The notes beneath the pieces were generated by a model, which saw only the letters and a program-made list of their open reading frames with translations, did no database searches and was not told the origin of the DNA. This document shows positions 29,356 to 41,356 of a DNA stretch of 64,000 bases, piece by piece. Source of the DNA: Thermodesulfobacteriota bacterium. GTDB taxonomy: Bacteria; Desulfobacterota_D; UBA1144; Nemesobacterales; Nemesobacteraceae. The DNA lies in contig OZ244920.1 in the NCBI GenBank assembly GCA_965221875.1, forward strand, positions 489,164-553,163. Direction: 5' to 3'. Position 1 is the stretch's first letter; each line of letters starts with the position of its first letter. Made by a program: the position numbers and the translations under genes.

Positions 29356-29729
29356 AACAATCTCCTCCTGTTTTTATTTGTATTTCTTTGCTCCCCTGAT
29401 GTTCTTGTGATCCTGGGGAAGAACTGTTTCTTTTTCCTGCTCCTCAAACAGCGGCAACACCTTGTCCCTCCCGTTTTTAAGAATCTCCCTTACCTGCTTG
29501 TACCCTGTAAGTCCTTTCCTGTTGGCCACCCTGCATGCGTCGTTGAGTCTTTTGGGATAATCATTGGAGAGCTTCCTCAACCCCAGAAACGTCCTGTAGA
29601 CCTGCTCCACATGATCTTTTAACTCAAACTGACGCTCAAGCCATTCACTTACAGAAGTGGACCCCAAAATTTAGACAGCGTCTTAAGTGTATTTCTTTGA
29701 TGTAAGATAAAGTACAGAGGAGGTACACA

Positions 29730-30008
29730 ATGAGGAGTAAAAGACGCAATCATTCATCGGAGTTCAAGGCGAAGGTGGCGCTAGCGGCGATAAAAGGGGA
29801 GAAGACGGTAGCAGAACTGTCCCAGCAGTTCGGAGTTCACGCAAACCAGATCAGCATCTGGAAGAAGCAGCTGCTCGCGAATGCTGGAAACGCTTTCGGG
29901 GGCGAGGGCAAGAACGCGACAGGGGAGAAGTACGTGAAGGATCTTGAGGCCAAAGTCGGTCAGTTGACCCTGGAGAATGATTTTTTATCCAAAGCGCTCG
30001 GTCGCTAG
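29730..30008 (+). CDS. IS3-family transposase OrfA
   Basis: MRSKRRNHSSEFKAKVALAAIKGEKTVAELSQQFGVHANQISIWKKQLL HTH. Confidence 0.7.
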   Translation: MRSKRRNHSSEFKAKVALAAIKGEKTVAELSQQFGVHANQISIWKKQLLANAGNAFGGEGKNATGEKYVKDLEAKVGQLTLENDFLSKALGR

Positions 30009-30046
30009 AGCGGGCGCAGCGCAAGGAACTCGTAGACCGCGGACAC

Positions 30047-30868
30047 GTGCTTTCGATGGTGAAGCAGTGCAAGCTGCTGGAGGTAAATCGTTCAAGTCTG
30101 TACTACCGTCGGGCAGGGGTATCGCAAGAGGACGAGGAAACCATGAAGAAGATAGACAGGATCCACATGAAGTATCCGTACAAGGGTTCCCGCAGGGTTG
30201 TGTGGGCTCTTAGGGACATCTATGGCGTAGAGATCAGTCGCAAGCGTGTACGGAGGCTTATGAGGCTGATGGGAATACGGGGGTTGGCGCCCGGTCCCGA
30301 GACTACGAAGAGAGGGGGCGTGGAGCACAGGATATACCCGTATCTGCTGCGGGGGAAGAAGATAGAGCGTCCTGGACAGGTATGGGCAGCTGACATCACG
30401 TATATACCGATGAGCAGGGGTTTCGTATATCTTGTGGCGGTAATGGACTGGTATTCGCGGAAGGTTCTGAGCTGGAGGATATCGAACACCATGGACAACG
30501 ATTTCTGCGTGGATGCACTGCAAGAGGCGCTTTGTCTGTATGAGCAGCCGGAGATATTTAATACGGATCAGGGAAGTCAGTTCACAAGCGATGAGTTCAC
30601 GGGAGTGCTCAAGAGCTGTGGGATTGAGATAAGCATGGATGGGAAGGGGAGTTGGCGGGACAATGTTTTCGTAGAGAGGCTTTGGAGAAGCTTTAAGTAC
30701 GAGGAGGTATACCTGAAAGCGTATGAATCGGTTGGCGCGGCGAAGGCAGGGATAGGGGAGTGGATAGAGTTCTATAACGAGCGGAGGCGTCATCAGGGGC
30801 TTGATATGGAAACGCCGGATATGGTCTACTATGGTTCAGAAAGGTTATCTGGGGAGAAGGTGGCTTAA
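30047..30868 (+). CDS. IS3-family transposase OrfB (rve integrase)
   Basis: WAADITYIP..VMDWYSRKVLSW..NTDQGSQFTS..ERLWRSFKYEEVYL..FYNERRRHQGL. Confidence 0.75.
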   Translation: MLSMVKQCKLLEVNRSSLYYRRAGVSQEDEETMKKIDRIHMKYPYKGSRRVVWALRDIYGVEISRKRVRRLMRLMGIRGLAPGPETTKRGGVEHRIYPYLLRGKKIERPGQVWAADITYIPMSRGFVYLVAVMDWYSRKVLSWRISNTMDNDFCVDALQEALCLYEQPEIFNTDQGSQFTSDEFTGVLKSCGIEISMDGKGSWRDNVFVERLWRSFKYEEVYLKAYESVGAAKAGIGEWIEFYNERRRHQGLDMETPDMVYYGSERLSGEKVA

Positions 30869-32306
30869 GGTTGGCGGCAGGAGTTATGACAGAGACAGGA
30901 GAAAGAGTTTGCTGTTCGGAGAGTCTGAAACTCCAGTCGGGCTACGCCCTCCTTCCGTTTCAGACTCTCCGAAGCATTTCTGCGTTGGTTGGAATACACT
31001 TAAAAAAAGAAAAAAGCTGTCTAAAAAAAAGGCCCACTCCTTACCTCCTCCCCCTGATTCTTTGCCCAGTTCCGAAGACTCCGCGGATTCCACCTGTAAT
31101 GTTGCTGACCCTGGGCATGTGAGAGAACTCGGTACAGTAACGCCTTGTGCTCCGTCTATGCTGCGCTATGATCCTGCCTTTGAGGTAGATCGTCACAATG
31201 TTCTGTGAGGCGTGAATCTCTACCCTCTTGCCCCTGTGAACGCAGGGAACCGAGTACAGAACCTTTTTGTACTCCACATGATAATCAATGTTCACCTTCG
31301 CTGTCTTTATCTCAGTGTAGATGTAGGGATACGGAGGCAGGGGTCTGAGAGCGGGCAGATCAATCTTATCGAATTCATCCCGCCGGCATCCCTCTTCCTT
31401 CTGGAAGGGCTTTTTGTTCAGCTTCTCAACAAGCCCCTTTGCGCGCTTGTTGAGCTCTGCAATAGAGAAGAACTTCTCGTTTCTTATCACTGCCAGAACG
31501 CTTCTCTCCACTATCTGCACAGCGTTCTCCGCCCTGGCCTTGTCCCGGGGCTCGCGGGGTCTTGTCGGGATTACTATCGTATTGTAGTGATTCGCCCATT
31601 GAGCGTAAGCGGGGTTCGTATCGGGATCGTAGCGACACGCACTGCTAACACCGCTTTTAAGATTGTCGGGCACTATTATCTCAGGAACCCCTCCGAAGAA
31701 CTCAAGCATCCGTGTGTGACTCCCAAGCCAGTCGGGAAGGGTCTGTGACGCGGTGGCTTCGGCAAAGGTGTAATTCGACGCCCCCATGACCCCGACGAAT
31801 ATCTGAGCCTTCGTAACTTCCCCCGTATGTGGGTCCGTTATGTTCACTGCAGGCCCGGCGTAATCTACAAAACACTTCTCCCCGGCCTTATGCACCTGCA
31901 CCATTGAGGGTGGCCTGTTCTCTTTACGCCACGCATTGTACAGCTCGCAGAACCGAGTATAGCTGTAACAGTCTTTGCCCTTGTTGGCTTCGATGTACTC
32001 TTCCCAAAGAAGCTGCCTCGTCACCCCCTTTCTGGTGAGTTCCTTGTTTATATAAGAGAAGTCAGGCAGCACCTTGCCATCATAGACTGCCTCGGGCCTG
32101 GGATAGAGAATCTCCTCAAGCTTCTGATCATTAAGATCTTCGGGGAGGGGACATTGCAGACCCGCTTTCTCAGCCTTGCGAATTATATCGTTAACGCTGC
32201 TTTTGGCCTTGTTAACGCTTTGGCCGATCTTCATGGTTGAGAGATTCAGGGACCTGAGCCTCAGGACCTCTCTTATTGTTCTCGTATCCATTCTTCTTCT
32301 CGGCAT

Positions 32307-32489
32307 CTTGTTACCTCCTTGCCTCAGATTGCAAGCAGGTTAACAAAACGCTTTTTAATGATGTTTTCGGGAAGAAGAAAAAAGGGGGATTCAGCCGTCC
32401 GAATTCGCTCGTAACTACCGTCCGAATTCAGTCGTAATGGGTGTCCGAATTCGCTCGTAATCACCGTCCGAATTCAGTCGTAATATGCA
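32307..32489. repeat. IS21 terminal multimeric direct repeats
   Basis: Four copies of CCGTCCGAATTC(G/A)(C/G)TCGTAAT between 32398 and 32489; inverted copies at the other end 28420-28470. Confidence 0.5.
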
Positions 32490-32697
32490 GAGATAGGGAC
32501 TCGTCATCCGGAAAGCTCGATTTCTTGATGGAAGAAGCTAAACCCATCTCAGAAAGCAAGAACGCCTGATTTAGTCATAGCCTTGAATTTTGGGTAGGAT
32601 TTTTGGTTAGGAAGCGCAAATCCAATTTACGGGAAAAGGAGACGCTTTCAGTCAAAAAAGCTGTTCGGACTGCTGGGAACCTGAATTTGGCACAACA

Positions 32698-34302
32698 ATG
32701 ACCTTGGTAAATTCATTAGCTTTGCCCACCCCGGTTGAATCTCTTCTCCGGGGTCATTCCGTGGAATGGGAACGCCTTGAGTTCAAGGCTGGTTGGAATG
32801 CCGAAGCAGTTCTGCATACCATCTGCGCCTTTGCCAACGATTTTCACAATCTCGGTGGCGGGTATATCTTGATCGGCGTGGAAGAGGAGAACGGTCGTCC
32901 GAAACTCCCGCCGAAAGGTATCAGCGAAAACCGTATTGACTCCATACAGAAAGAAATACTCAAGATGGGGCATTCGGCCATCCGGCCCGCATACCATCCC
33001 ATCACCGCACCCCAGCGCGTGGGCGACAGGATGGTTCTCGTCATCTGGGTTCCGGGAGGAGAGACGAGACCTTACAAGGTCAGAACCGCTATTTCCGGCA
33101 AATCTTCCGAATGGGCGTGGTACATAAGGAAGCAGTCAAGCACCGTGCGTGCCGGGGCCGCCGACGAGCGGGAGCTTCTGAGCCTCGCCGCTACAGTGCC
33201 TTTCGATGACCGTTACAACCAGAGAGCCTCGATAGATGATTTGTCGCTGAAGCTGATTGAGGAATTTCTCGTGGAGGTTGGAAGCAGTCTCGGGGATCAG
33301 GCCGCCGGAGTTACCATGGAAAGCCTTGGGCGGCGGATGAATATTGTGGGCGGCCCGCCCGAATCCGTTTTCCCGAAGAATATAGGTTTGATGTTCTTCA
33401 ACGATCACCCCGGGTCTTTTTTCCCCGCGACACAGATTGACGTGGTCTGGTTTCCCGATGGACCCGGCGGCGACCGTTTTGAAGAGAAAGTCTTTGAAGG
33501 TCCCTTGTCGAAAGTGATCCGAAGTGCCTTGGAATACATACAGCGCGGCTACCTGAAGGAGATAGTGGTAAAGCACCCGCGGCGGGCCGAGGCCGACCGC
33601 TTCTGGAACTATCCGTACGCAGCTGTTGAGGAGGCGGTCGTAAACGCCGTTTATCACAGGTCCTACGAGATCAGGGAACCCGTGGAAGTGCGGATAACAC
33701 CTGAGGAACTGAGCGTGTTGAGTTACCCGGGTCCCGATGGGTCAGTTGTAATTGAGGACCTGAGAGTCGGCAGGGCGGTAAGCCGTCGCTACCGCAACCG
33801 CAGGATCGGAGAGTTTCTAAAAGAACTGAATCTTGCCGAAGGTCGCTCCACCGGCATCCCCAAGATTCTCAAGGCCATGAGCGAAAACGGGTCTCCCGCC
33901 CCTGTTTTCGAAATGGACGGGGAACGGAGCTACTTTTTAACCCGTCTTCCTTCGCATCCTCATGCTCCCGGGAGAACCGAGAAGACATCCGAGAAGCTTG
34001 GGGCCCATGACGAGGCCCATGACGAGGCCCATGATGCCTCAGCCGTGAACCTGAGCGGCACGGAACGCCGGATATTGATTGCCTGCGGGAGGGGCCCGCA
34101 GAAGGCATCCGAACTTCTCAGCACTCTCGGTTACGAATCCCGCACCGGTAATTTCAAAAGGTCCCTGAATCGTCTTATCGATTCGCGGATACTGGAGAGA
34201 ACTCTGGGAAGAGCGCCGAGGAGCAGGAATCAGAAATACAGGCTGACGGACAAGGGCCGGGCCATTGCGTCGTGCCTGGGTGAGGGGAATGTCGAGACAT
34301 AA
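32698..34302 (+). CDS. AlbA_2 (Schlafen-like) DNA-binding domain + HATPase_c_4 protein (often annotated RecG-like / transcriptional regulator)
   Basis: 534 aa; N-terminal E.-.LEFK.G ..AFAN..GGY.LIGV AlbA_2 signature; central ATPase-like region; C-terminal wHTH-like region. Confidence 0.6.
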   Translation: MTLVNSLALPTPVESLLRGHSVEWERLEFKAGWNAEAVLHTICAFANDFHNLGGGYILIGVEEENGRPKLPPKGISENRIDSIQKEILKMGHSAIRPAYHPITAPQRVGDRMVLVIWVPGGETRPYKVRTAISGKSSEWAWYIRKQSSTVRAGAADERELLSLAATVPFDDRYNQRASIDDLSLKLIEEFLVEVGSSLGDQAAGVTMESLGRRMNIVGGPPESVFPKNIGLMFFNDHPGSFFPATQIDVVWFPDGPGGDRFEEKVFEGPLSKVIRSALEYIQRGYLKEIVVKHPRRAEADRFWNYPYAAVEEAVVNAVYHRSYEIREPVEVRITPEELSVLSYPGPDGSVVIEDLRVGRAVSRRYRNRRIGEFLKELNLAEGRSTGIPKILKAMSENGSPAPVFEMDGERSYFLTRLPSHPHAPGRTEKTSEKLGAHDEAHDEAHDASAVNLSGTERRILIACGRGPQKASELLSTLGYESRTGNFKRSLNRLIDSRILERTLGRAPRSRNQKYRLTDKGRAIASCLGEGNVET

Positions 34303-34542
34303 GTTCCGGGGGCGAGTGTAGCCGCTGGGGCTGCCCGTTTAGGATTTCTCCGCGTTCTCAGGGTCCCGTTTTTCTGTATGCTACCCGCAAAAACGTGCTT
34401 ACTTTATAGTTGGTACTTGGAAGACAGGAGTGCCAGAGAGGCTTTGGGAAAATTGCTCAACTTCGAAAAGCAGTTTTCCCGACAGTACAAACTGCTGGCA
34501 GAACCAGGGTTCTTTTTGAAATACTGTCAATTTACTGGTAAA

Positions 34543-34622
34543 GTCGCGGAGTTCGTGTTATAAAAATTGCGAGGTCTCCACTGGTAAAATTGCGGAGTTC
34601 GTGTTATAAAAATTGCGGGGTC
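34543..34622 (+). promoter_or_regulatory. two tandem 40-bp direct repeats upstream of the DUF4143 ATPase gene
   Basis: gtaaagtcgcggagttcgtgttataaaaattgcgaggtct / gtaaaattgcggagttcgtgttataaaaattgcggggtct. Confidence 0.4.
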
Positions 34623-34651
34623 TTTGCTACTAAAATCGGAGGAAACCGAAA

Positions 34652-35884
34652 ATGGCCGAAATGCTGCCGAGATGGCAGAGGAAATCTATTGAAACTGCTA
34701 TGGGGGAACGCAGGGTCCTGCTTCTGGCAGGCCCTCGCCAATGCGGCAAGACAACCCTGGTCAGGCACCTTGACGGGGAGAATGTCGAGTACCGCACTCT
34801 GGACGACAAAATATCAAGAGAGCTTGCCGACGTTGATCCCCTTGAGTTCATCAATCATGAAAAAGGAATGCTCGTAATTGATGAAGTTCAGAAAGCCCCG
34901 GATCTCCTGCCTGTCATAAAAATGGCAGTCGATGAAAACAGAAGGCCGGGACAGTTTCTGCTTGCCGGATCATCCAATGTCCGCAAATTTCCGGGCGTGA
35001 CGGAGTCTCTTGCCGGCCGCGTCGCGAAAATAAGGCTGAGAACCCTTACCGAGGGAGAAATAAGAAACACCGGAACCGGTTTTCTCGAACGGGCGTTTGA
35101 TCAGGATTTTAAATACCAGTGGGAGGGATACGGTCGCGGCGAGTTAATCGAGGCTGCGGCCAGAGGCGGCTATCCGGAAGCGGTTGGGCTCGGGGAACGC
35201 GCGCGCAGGCGATGGCACACGGATTATGTGGAATCCCTGCTTGAGAGGGACCTTGCTGAGATAGCCAGAATAAAAGACCATGACGCCATGCGTCGGCTTG
35301 TTAGGATTCTCGCCGCGTGGTCCTCAAGGTTCGTTGACCTCTCGGCCATAGGCGGCGGAATGTCCATTCAGCGCCCGACTCTTGAGTCCTACATAAATAT
35401 GCTTGAGACCATGTTTCTAGTGGAGTGCCTGCAGCCCTGGAGCGATACGGACTATGGGCGCGTCGGGAAACGGAGGAAGATTTTCATGACTGACAGCGGA
35501 CTGATTTTCTCAATGCTGCGCTTAAGCACAGACCGCATAAGGCGGGATGTCGACCAAAGCGGAAAACTTCTTGAAAATTTCGCTTTTAACGAGCTTGCGT
35601 CTCTTGTGGATGCGGGCGGCGGGCAATACGAACTTTATCATTACCGCGACCGCGAAAAACGCGAGGTTGACTTCATCATAACCCGCGACGACGGCGCGAT
35701 ACTGGGCATTGAGGTAAAAGCCTCCACGACCGTCCAGAGAAGCGACTTCAGGCATCTGAAGTGGTTCAGGGACAGGGCCGCCGGGGGAAATCCTTTTGTG
35801 GGGCTGGTGCTCTATTGCGGAAAAACTGCGGGATCATTCGGCGAGGGGCTCTGGCTGGTTCCCTTTGGAGCCATGTGGGTCTGA
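34652..35884 (+). CDS. AAA+ ATPase (AAA_14 + DUF4143 family)
   Basis: Walker A GPRQCGKTTL, Walker B LVIDEVQ; paralog of 52340-53578. Confidence 0.75.
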   Translation: MAEMLPRWQRKSIETAMGERRVLLLAGPRQCGKTTLVRHLDGENVEYRTLDDKISRELADVDPLEFINHEKGMLVIDEVQKAPDLLPVIKMAVDENRRPGQFLLAGSSNVRKFPGVTESLAGRVAKIRLRTLTEGEIRNTGTGFLERAFDQDFKYQWEGYGRGELIEAAARGGYPEAVGLGERARRRWHTDYVESLLERDLAEIARIKDHDAMRRLVRILAAWSSRFVDLSAIGGGMSIQRPTLESYINMLETMFLVECLQPWSDTDYGRVGKRRKIFMTDSGLIFSMLRLSTDRIRRDVDQSGKLLENFAFNELASLVDAGGGQYELYHYRDREKREVDFIITRDDGAILGIEVKASTTVQRSDFRHLKWFRDRAAGGNPFVGLVLYCGKTAGSFGEGLWLVPFGAMWV

Positions 35885-35889
35885 GGCTC

Positions 35890-35914
35890 AGGGGCGCCAT
35901 TGCGCCTCTTTTTT
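35890..35914 (+). terminator. rho-independent terminator (hairpin + T6) of the ATPase gene
   Basis: AGGGGCGCCattGCGCCTCT + TTTTTT. Confidence 0.55.
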
Positions 35915-36542
35915 GTGTGCCGAGCATGAACAGCAGCTTGGGGGTGCGAGTCCCCTATACAACCTGATGGCGGTGAAGTATTAGCGAAGCGCAAGGGCCG
36001 TGTCGCGAGGCATGGTCTGAAGGAAGTGCGTAGCAAAGCCGCGACCCGATGGACAAGAACTGAATACGAGGCCTGTGCGGCCGGACGAGCGGGCAAATGA
36101 TCGCGAAGTCCATAGTCATCAAGGGCCGTGGAGGTAAATTCGGCGGGTGTGCGGTGAAGGCTGTTGGTCTTACCTCGGGAGGTCTGCGTCGTGTCCCAAA
36201 TAGAGGACTGAGCGGTTCGCAAGGGCCGTGATCGCGGTGCAGAAGTCAGCAGAGGGCATAGTAGCCACGGAAGTGGCGAAGGCCCGAACGATGGAAGGGA
36301 ATAAGGACGGCGAGCTCATGGGGGCAAAGCGGCAGAATAACCAGCTGGAGCTGGCCTTTGGCAAGAGGAGCGAGGGTGAAGCCCGAAGCGGAGCTTGCGA
36401 AGGGACCGAAGTCTGCGTGGCGCGAGCCGAAACCGAAGCCCGGCGGTTTTCATCAGCTTAAATCCATCGAACCGCCACGTACGGACCCGTACGCGTGGTG
36501 GTGTGGGAGGGGAGGAATCGAGAGATTTCCCCCTATCCCGAT
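35915..36542 (+). repeat. 628-bp repeat copy 1; candidate ORF-less group IIC intron
   Basis: Starts GTGTG directly after the terminator T-run; D5-like hairpin CCGCCACGUACGG..CCGUACGCGUGGUGG (CGC triad, 2-nt bulge); D6-like hairpin with GAGA loop and bulged A at -8; >98% identical to copies 2 and 3. Confidence 0.55.
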
Positions 36543-36592
36543 TGAGGCATTTGCATAGTTGAGGATACCCTTACAGCGCAAACGCCTCTGCA
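36541..36592 (+). repeat. IS4-like IRL/IRR pair separated by ~10 bp (excision scar or minimal MITE) abutting repeat copy 1
   Basis: ATTGAGGCATTTGCATAGTTGAGGATACC resembles IRL 7405-7435; CTTACAGCGCAAACGCC resembles IRR 9316-9335. Confidence 0.4.
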
Positions 36593-36664
36593 GGCAGTCT
36601 TTACAAATTAAACTGAAGTATTTACTATCTAGTTGACGTTACCTCCGCAGTAGGACGGCTTGCC

Positions 36665-36865
36665 ATGTCAACTGTAGAAGAAATAAAATCCGCCATTTCG
36701 GCTCTTTCCAAAGAGGATTATATCCGTCTGCGCGAGTGGTTCTCCGAGAAGAACTGGGAACAGTGGGATAAGGAAATCGAAAGAGACTCGTCATCTGGAA
36801 AGCTGGACTTCTTGATGGAAGAGGCGGTTGCGGAGAAAAATCAAGGACGACTCAGTAAACTTTAG
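36665..36865 (+). CDS. type II antitoxin (putative addiction module component, ParD/Phd-like)
   Basis: 66 aa MSTVEEIKSAISALSKEDYIRLREWF..; immediately precedes the toxin gene with a 0-nt gap. Confidence 0.6.
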   Translation: MSTVEEIKSAISALSKEDYIRLREWFSEKNWEQWDKEIERDSSSGKLDFLMEEAVAEKNQGRLSKL

Positions 36866-37120
36866 ATGCATAAAGCGACGAGTCGTTTCTGGTCCTGCTT
36901 GGAAGCTCTTCCGGAAGAAACAAGAGAATTAGCCCGTAAGAATTACGCTTTGTTAGAGAACAATCCTCGTCATCCCTCCCTTCATTTCAAGAAAGTCGGG
37001 AATTTCTGGTCAGTCAGGGTCGGCCTCAATCACAGAGCCCTTGCCATTGAAGATGAAGATTGCTTTATATGGGTTTGGATCGGAACTCATAGGGAATATC
37101 AGAGCATGCTGCGGGGATAA
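36866..37120 (+). CDS. RelE/ParE-family toxin
   Basis: 84 aa; ..YRVGLNHRALAIEDEDCFIWVWIGTHREY typical ParE/RelE C-terminal pattern. Confidence 0.6.
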   Translation: MHKATSRFWSCLEALPEETRELARKNYALLENNPRHPSLHFKKVGNFWSVRVGLNHRALAIEDEDCFIWVWIGTHREYQSMLRG

Positions 37121-37280
37121 TCACGGATATCCGCTTTCAACTCTGACCACACCCTGTCTTAAGGTCCTCTTTTTTCCTTCTATCCCTTGACACCCGCAAA
37201 AACGTGCTTACTTTATAGTTGGCACTTGGAAGACAGGAGTGCCAGACAAGCTTTAAAAAGTTAAAAAGGAGGTATTAGAG

Positions 37281-39232
<1,952 letters not shown>

Positions 39233-39262
39233 AATCCCCCCTGTACCTGGCAGAAACCACGA

Positions 39263-39299
39263 AGCGGGCACGGCGCACGAGCGTCCTGCCCGCTTTTTT
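39263..39299 (+). terminator. groEL rho-independent terminator
   Basis: AGCGGGCAcggcgcacgagcgtccTGCCCGCT + TTTTTT. Confidence 0.6.
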
Positions 39300-39927
39300 G
39301 TGTGCCGAGCATGAACAGCAGCTTGGGGGTGCGAGTCCCCTATACAACCTGATGGCGGTGAAGTATTAGCGAAGCGCAAGGGCCGTGTCGCGAGGCATGG
39401 TCTGAAGGAAGTGCGTAGCAAAGCCGCGACCCGATGGACAAGAACTGAATACGAGGCCTGTGCGGCCGGACGAGCGGGCAAATGATCGCGAAGTCCATAG
39501 TCATCAAGGGCCGTGGAGGTAAATTCGGCGGGTGTGCGGTGAAGGCTGTTGGTCTTACCTCGGGAGGTCTGCGTCGTGTCCCAAATAGAGGACTGAGCGG
39601 TTCGCAAGGGCCGTGATCGCGGTGCAGAAGTCAGCAGAGGGCATAGTAGCCACGGAAGTGGCGAAGGCCCGAACGATGGAAGGGAATAAGGACGGCGAGC
39701 TCATGTGGGCAAAGCGGCAGAATAACCAGCTGGAGCTGGCCTTTGGCAAGAGGAGCGAGGGTGAAGCCCGAAGCGGAGCTTGCGAAGGGACCGAAGTCTG
39801 CGTGGCGCGAGCCGAAACCGAAGCCCGGCGGTTTTCATCAGCTTAAATCCATCGAACCGCCACGTACGGACCCGTACGCGTGGTGGTGTGGGAGGGGAGG
39901 AATCGAGAGATTTCCCCCTATCCCGAT
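39300..39927 (+). repeat. 628-bp repeat copy 2; candidate ORF-less group IIC intron inserted right after the groEL terminator
   Basis: Same sequence as copy 1; begins GTGTGCCGAGC directly after T6. Confidence 0.55.
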
Positions 39928-39963
39928 TGCTGTTTTAAAATTTTTTTAATTTTCCCTTGACAG

Positions 39964-39992
39964 TTTAAGTAAATTACTTATATTTATAGCGT
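39964..39992 (+). promoter_or_regulatory. sigma70-like promoter (TTGACA-16-TATATT) driving a short transcript that ends at the 40044-40077 terminator
   Basis: TTGACA 39964-39969, TATATT 39986-39991, in an AT-rich spacer between repeat copies 2 and 3. Confidence 0.3.
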
Positions 39993-40043
39993 TGATTAGA
40001 AACATTGATCAATACTCATCCTTCATCCTCCTTTTTGTTAGGA

Positions 40044-40077
40044 AGAGCGCCTCGGCCCCCCTGAGGCGCTCTTTTTT
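40044..40077 (+). terminator. terminator-like hairpin + T6 immediately preceding repeat copy 3
   Basis: AGAGCGCCTCggccccccTGAGGCGCTCT + TTTTTT. Confidence 0.5.
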
Positions 40078-40706
40078 GTGTGCCGAGCATGAACAGCAGC
40101 TTGGGGGTGCGAGTCCCCTATACAACCTGATGGCGGTGAAGTATTAGCGAAGCGCAAGGGCTGTGTCGCGAGGCATGGTCTGAAGGAAGCGTGAAGCAAA
40201 GCCGCGACCCGATGGACAAGAACTGAATACGAGGCCTGTGCGGCCGGACGAGCGAGCTAATGATCGCGAAGTCCACAGTCATCAAGGGCCGTGGAGGTAA
40301 ATTCGGCGGGTGTGCGGTGAAGGCTGTTGGTCTTACCTCGGGAGGTCTGCGTCGTGTCCCAAATAGAGGACTGAGCGGTTCGCAAGGGCCGTGATCGCGG
40401 TGCAGAAGTCAGCAGAGGGCATAGTAGCCACGGAAGTGGTGAAGGCCCGAACGATGGAAGGGAGTAAGGACGGCGAGCTCATGTGGGCAAAGCGGCAGAA
40501 TAACCAGCTGGAGCTGGCCTTTGGCAAGAGGAGCGAGGGTGAAGCCCGAAGCGGAGCTTGCGAAGGGACCGAAGTCTGCGTGGCGCGAGCCGAAACCGAA
40601 CGCCCGGCGGTTTTCATCAGCTTAAATCCATCGAACCGCCACGTACGGACCCGTACGCGTGGTGGTGTGGGAGGGGAGGAATCGAGAGATTTCCCCCTAT
40701 CCCGAT
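40078..40706 (+). repeat. 629-bp repeat copy 3; candidate ORF-less group IIC intron
   Basis: Same family; one extra nt relative to copies 1 and 2. Confidence 0.55.
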
Positions 40707-40765
40707 TGTCTAATCCTAAAGTTTATGTATATTTCCTGCCCTGATCTGTTACGGAGTCTCATGGA

Positions 40766-41356
40766 ATGAAACGGCACTACTGGCTTTTAACCACTTTGGC
40801 GCTGATCGCTCTTGTGTGGGTTGCGGTTCTCGGGTTTCTTCGCACTGACAAGGGAAGCTTCCACGGGGATGAGTATCGCCGCCCCGCCTTTGATTTTTCC
40901 CTGACCGACCACCGGAACCGGGAGTTTTCTCTTTCCGGTCACCAGGGCAAGGTCATACTGCTTAACTTCGGCTTTACCAACTGTCCGGACATATGCCCCA
41001 CCACTCTGGGGACGCTGGGAGAGGTGCTTGATCTGGTGGAAGACGAGAGGGCCACGGCACTTTTCATAACCATTGACCCGCAGCGCGACACCGTGGCCAG
41101 GCTCGGGGCCTACATTCCATTTTTCCATGACCGAATAGTCGGTCTCACCGGTCCGGAGCAGATTATAAAGCAGGTAAACGACGCCTGCGGAACCTTTTAT
41201 TCAAAGGAGCGGGGAACCTCGGAATCGGACTATGGCATGGTTCATTCGCCCGCAGTTTACCTGATAGGTCCCGGCGGTGAGATGATGCTCCGCTACCCCG
41301 AGGAAAAACTTGACCCGAAGAAAATCGCAGGCGACGTAAAACGCCTTCTCCTGTAG
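40766..41356 (+). CDS. SCO1/SenC family copper chaperone (thioredoxin fold)
   Basis: 196 aa; N-terminal TM anchor; CxxxC motif FTNCPDICP; conserved H near the C-terminus. Confidence 0.8.
   Translation: MKRHYWLLTTLALIALVWVAVLGFLRTDKGSFHGDEYRRPAFDFSLTDHRNREFSLSGHQGKVILLNFGFTNCPDICPTTLGTLGEVLDLVEDERATALFITIDPQRDTVARLGAYIPFFHDRIVGLTGPEQIIKQVNDACGTFYSKERGTSESDYGMVHSPAVYLIGPGGEMMLRYPEEKLDPKKIAGDVKRLLL

Larger units (their letters stand above)
29650..31045 (+). mobile_element. IS3-family insertion sequence (orfA/orfB) nested in istA; boundaries approximate
   Basis: Inverted repeats around 29653-29683 (GAAGTGGACCCCAAAATTTAGACAGCG) and 31007-31040 (reverse complement GGAGTGGGCCTTTTTTTTAGACAGC). Confidence 0.5.
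29374..32306 (-). pseudogene. istA: IS21-family transposase IstA gene split by an IS3-family insertion (N-part 31041-32306, C-part 29374-29667)
   Basis: N-part has HTH + DDE core (..CFVDYAGP..); C-part ..GSTSVSEWLERQFELKDHVEQVYRTF.. is an IstA C-terminus; 1.4 kb of foreign IS sequence between. Confidence 0.75.
28402..32489 (-). mobile_element. IS21-family insertion sequence (istA-istB) with multiple terminal repeats and 5-bp TSD GAGAT; carries a nested IS3-family element
   Basis: Ends TGCATATTACGA.. (28402) and ..TCGTAATATGCA (32489); GAGAT on both flanks; istA and istB ORFs inside. Confidence 0.65.

Noticed and set aside
32307-32489. Regularly spaced ~23-bp direct repeats (possible CRISPR-like array)
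   Set aside because: Repeats are contiguous, with no unique spacers, and inverted copies occur at the other IS end. This fits IS21 multimeric terminal repeats, not CRISPR
36170-36461. Small ORFs (64-77 aa) on both strands conserved in all three repeat copies
   Set aside because: Conservation is due to DNA identity of the repeat; no RBS, no family resemblance; the element is interpreted as non-coding
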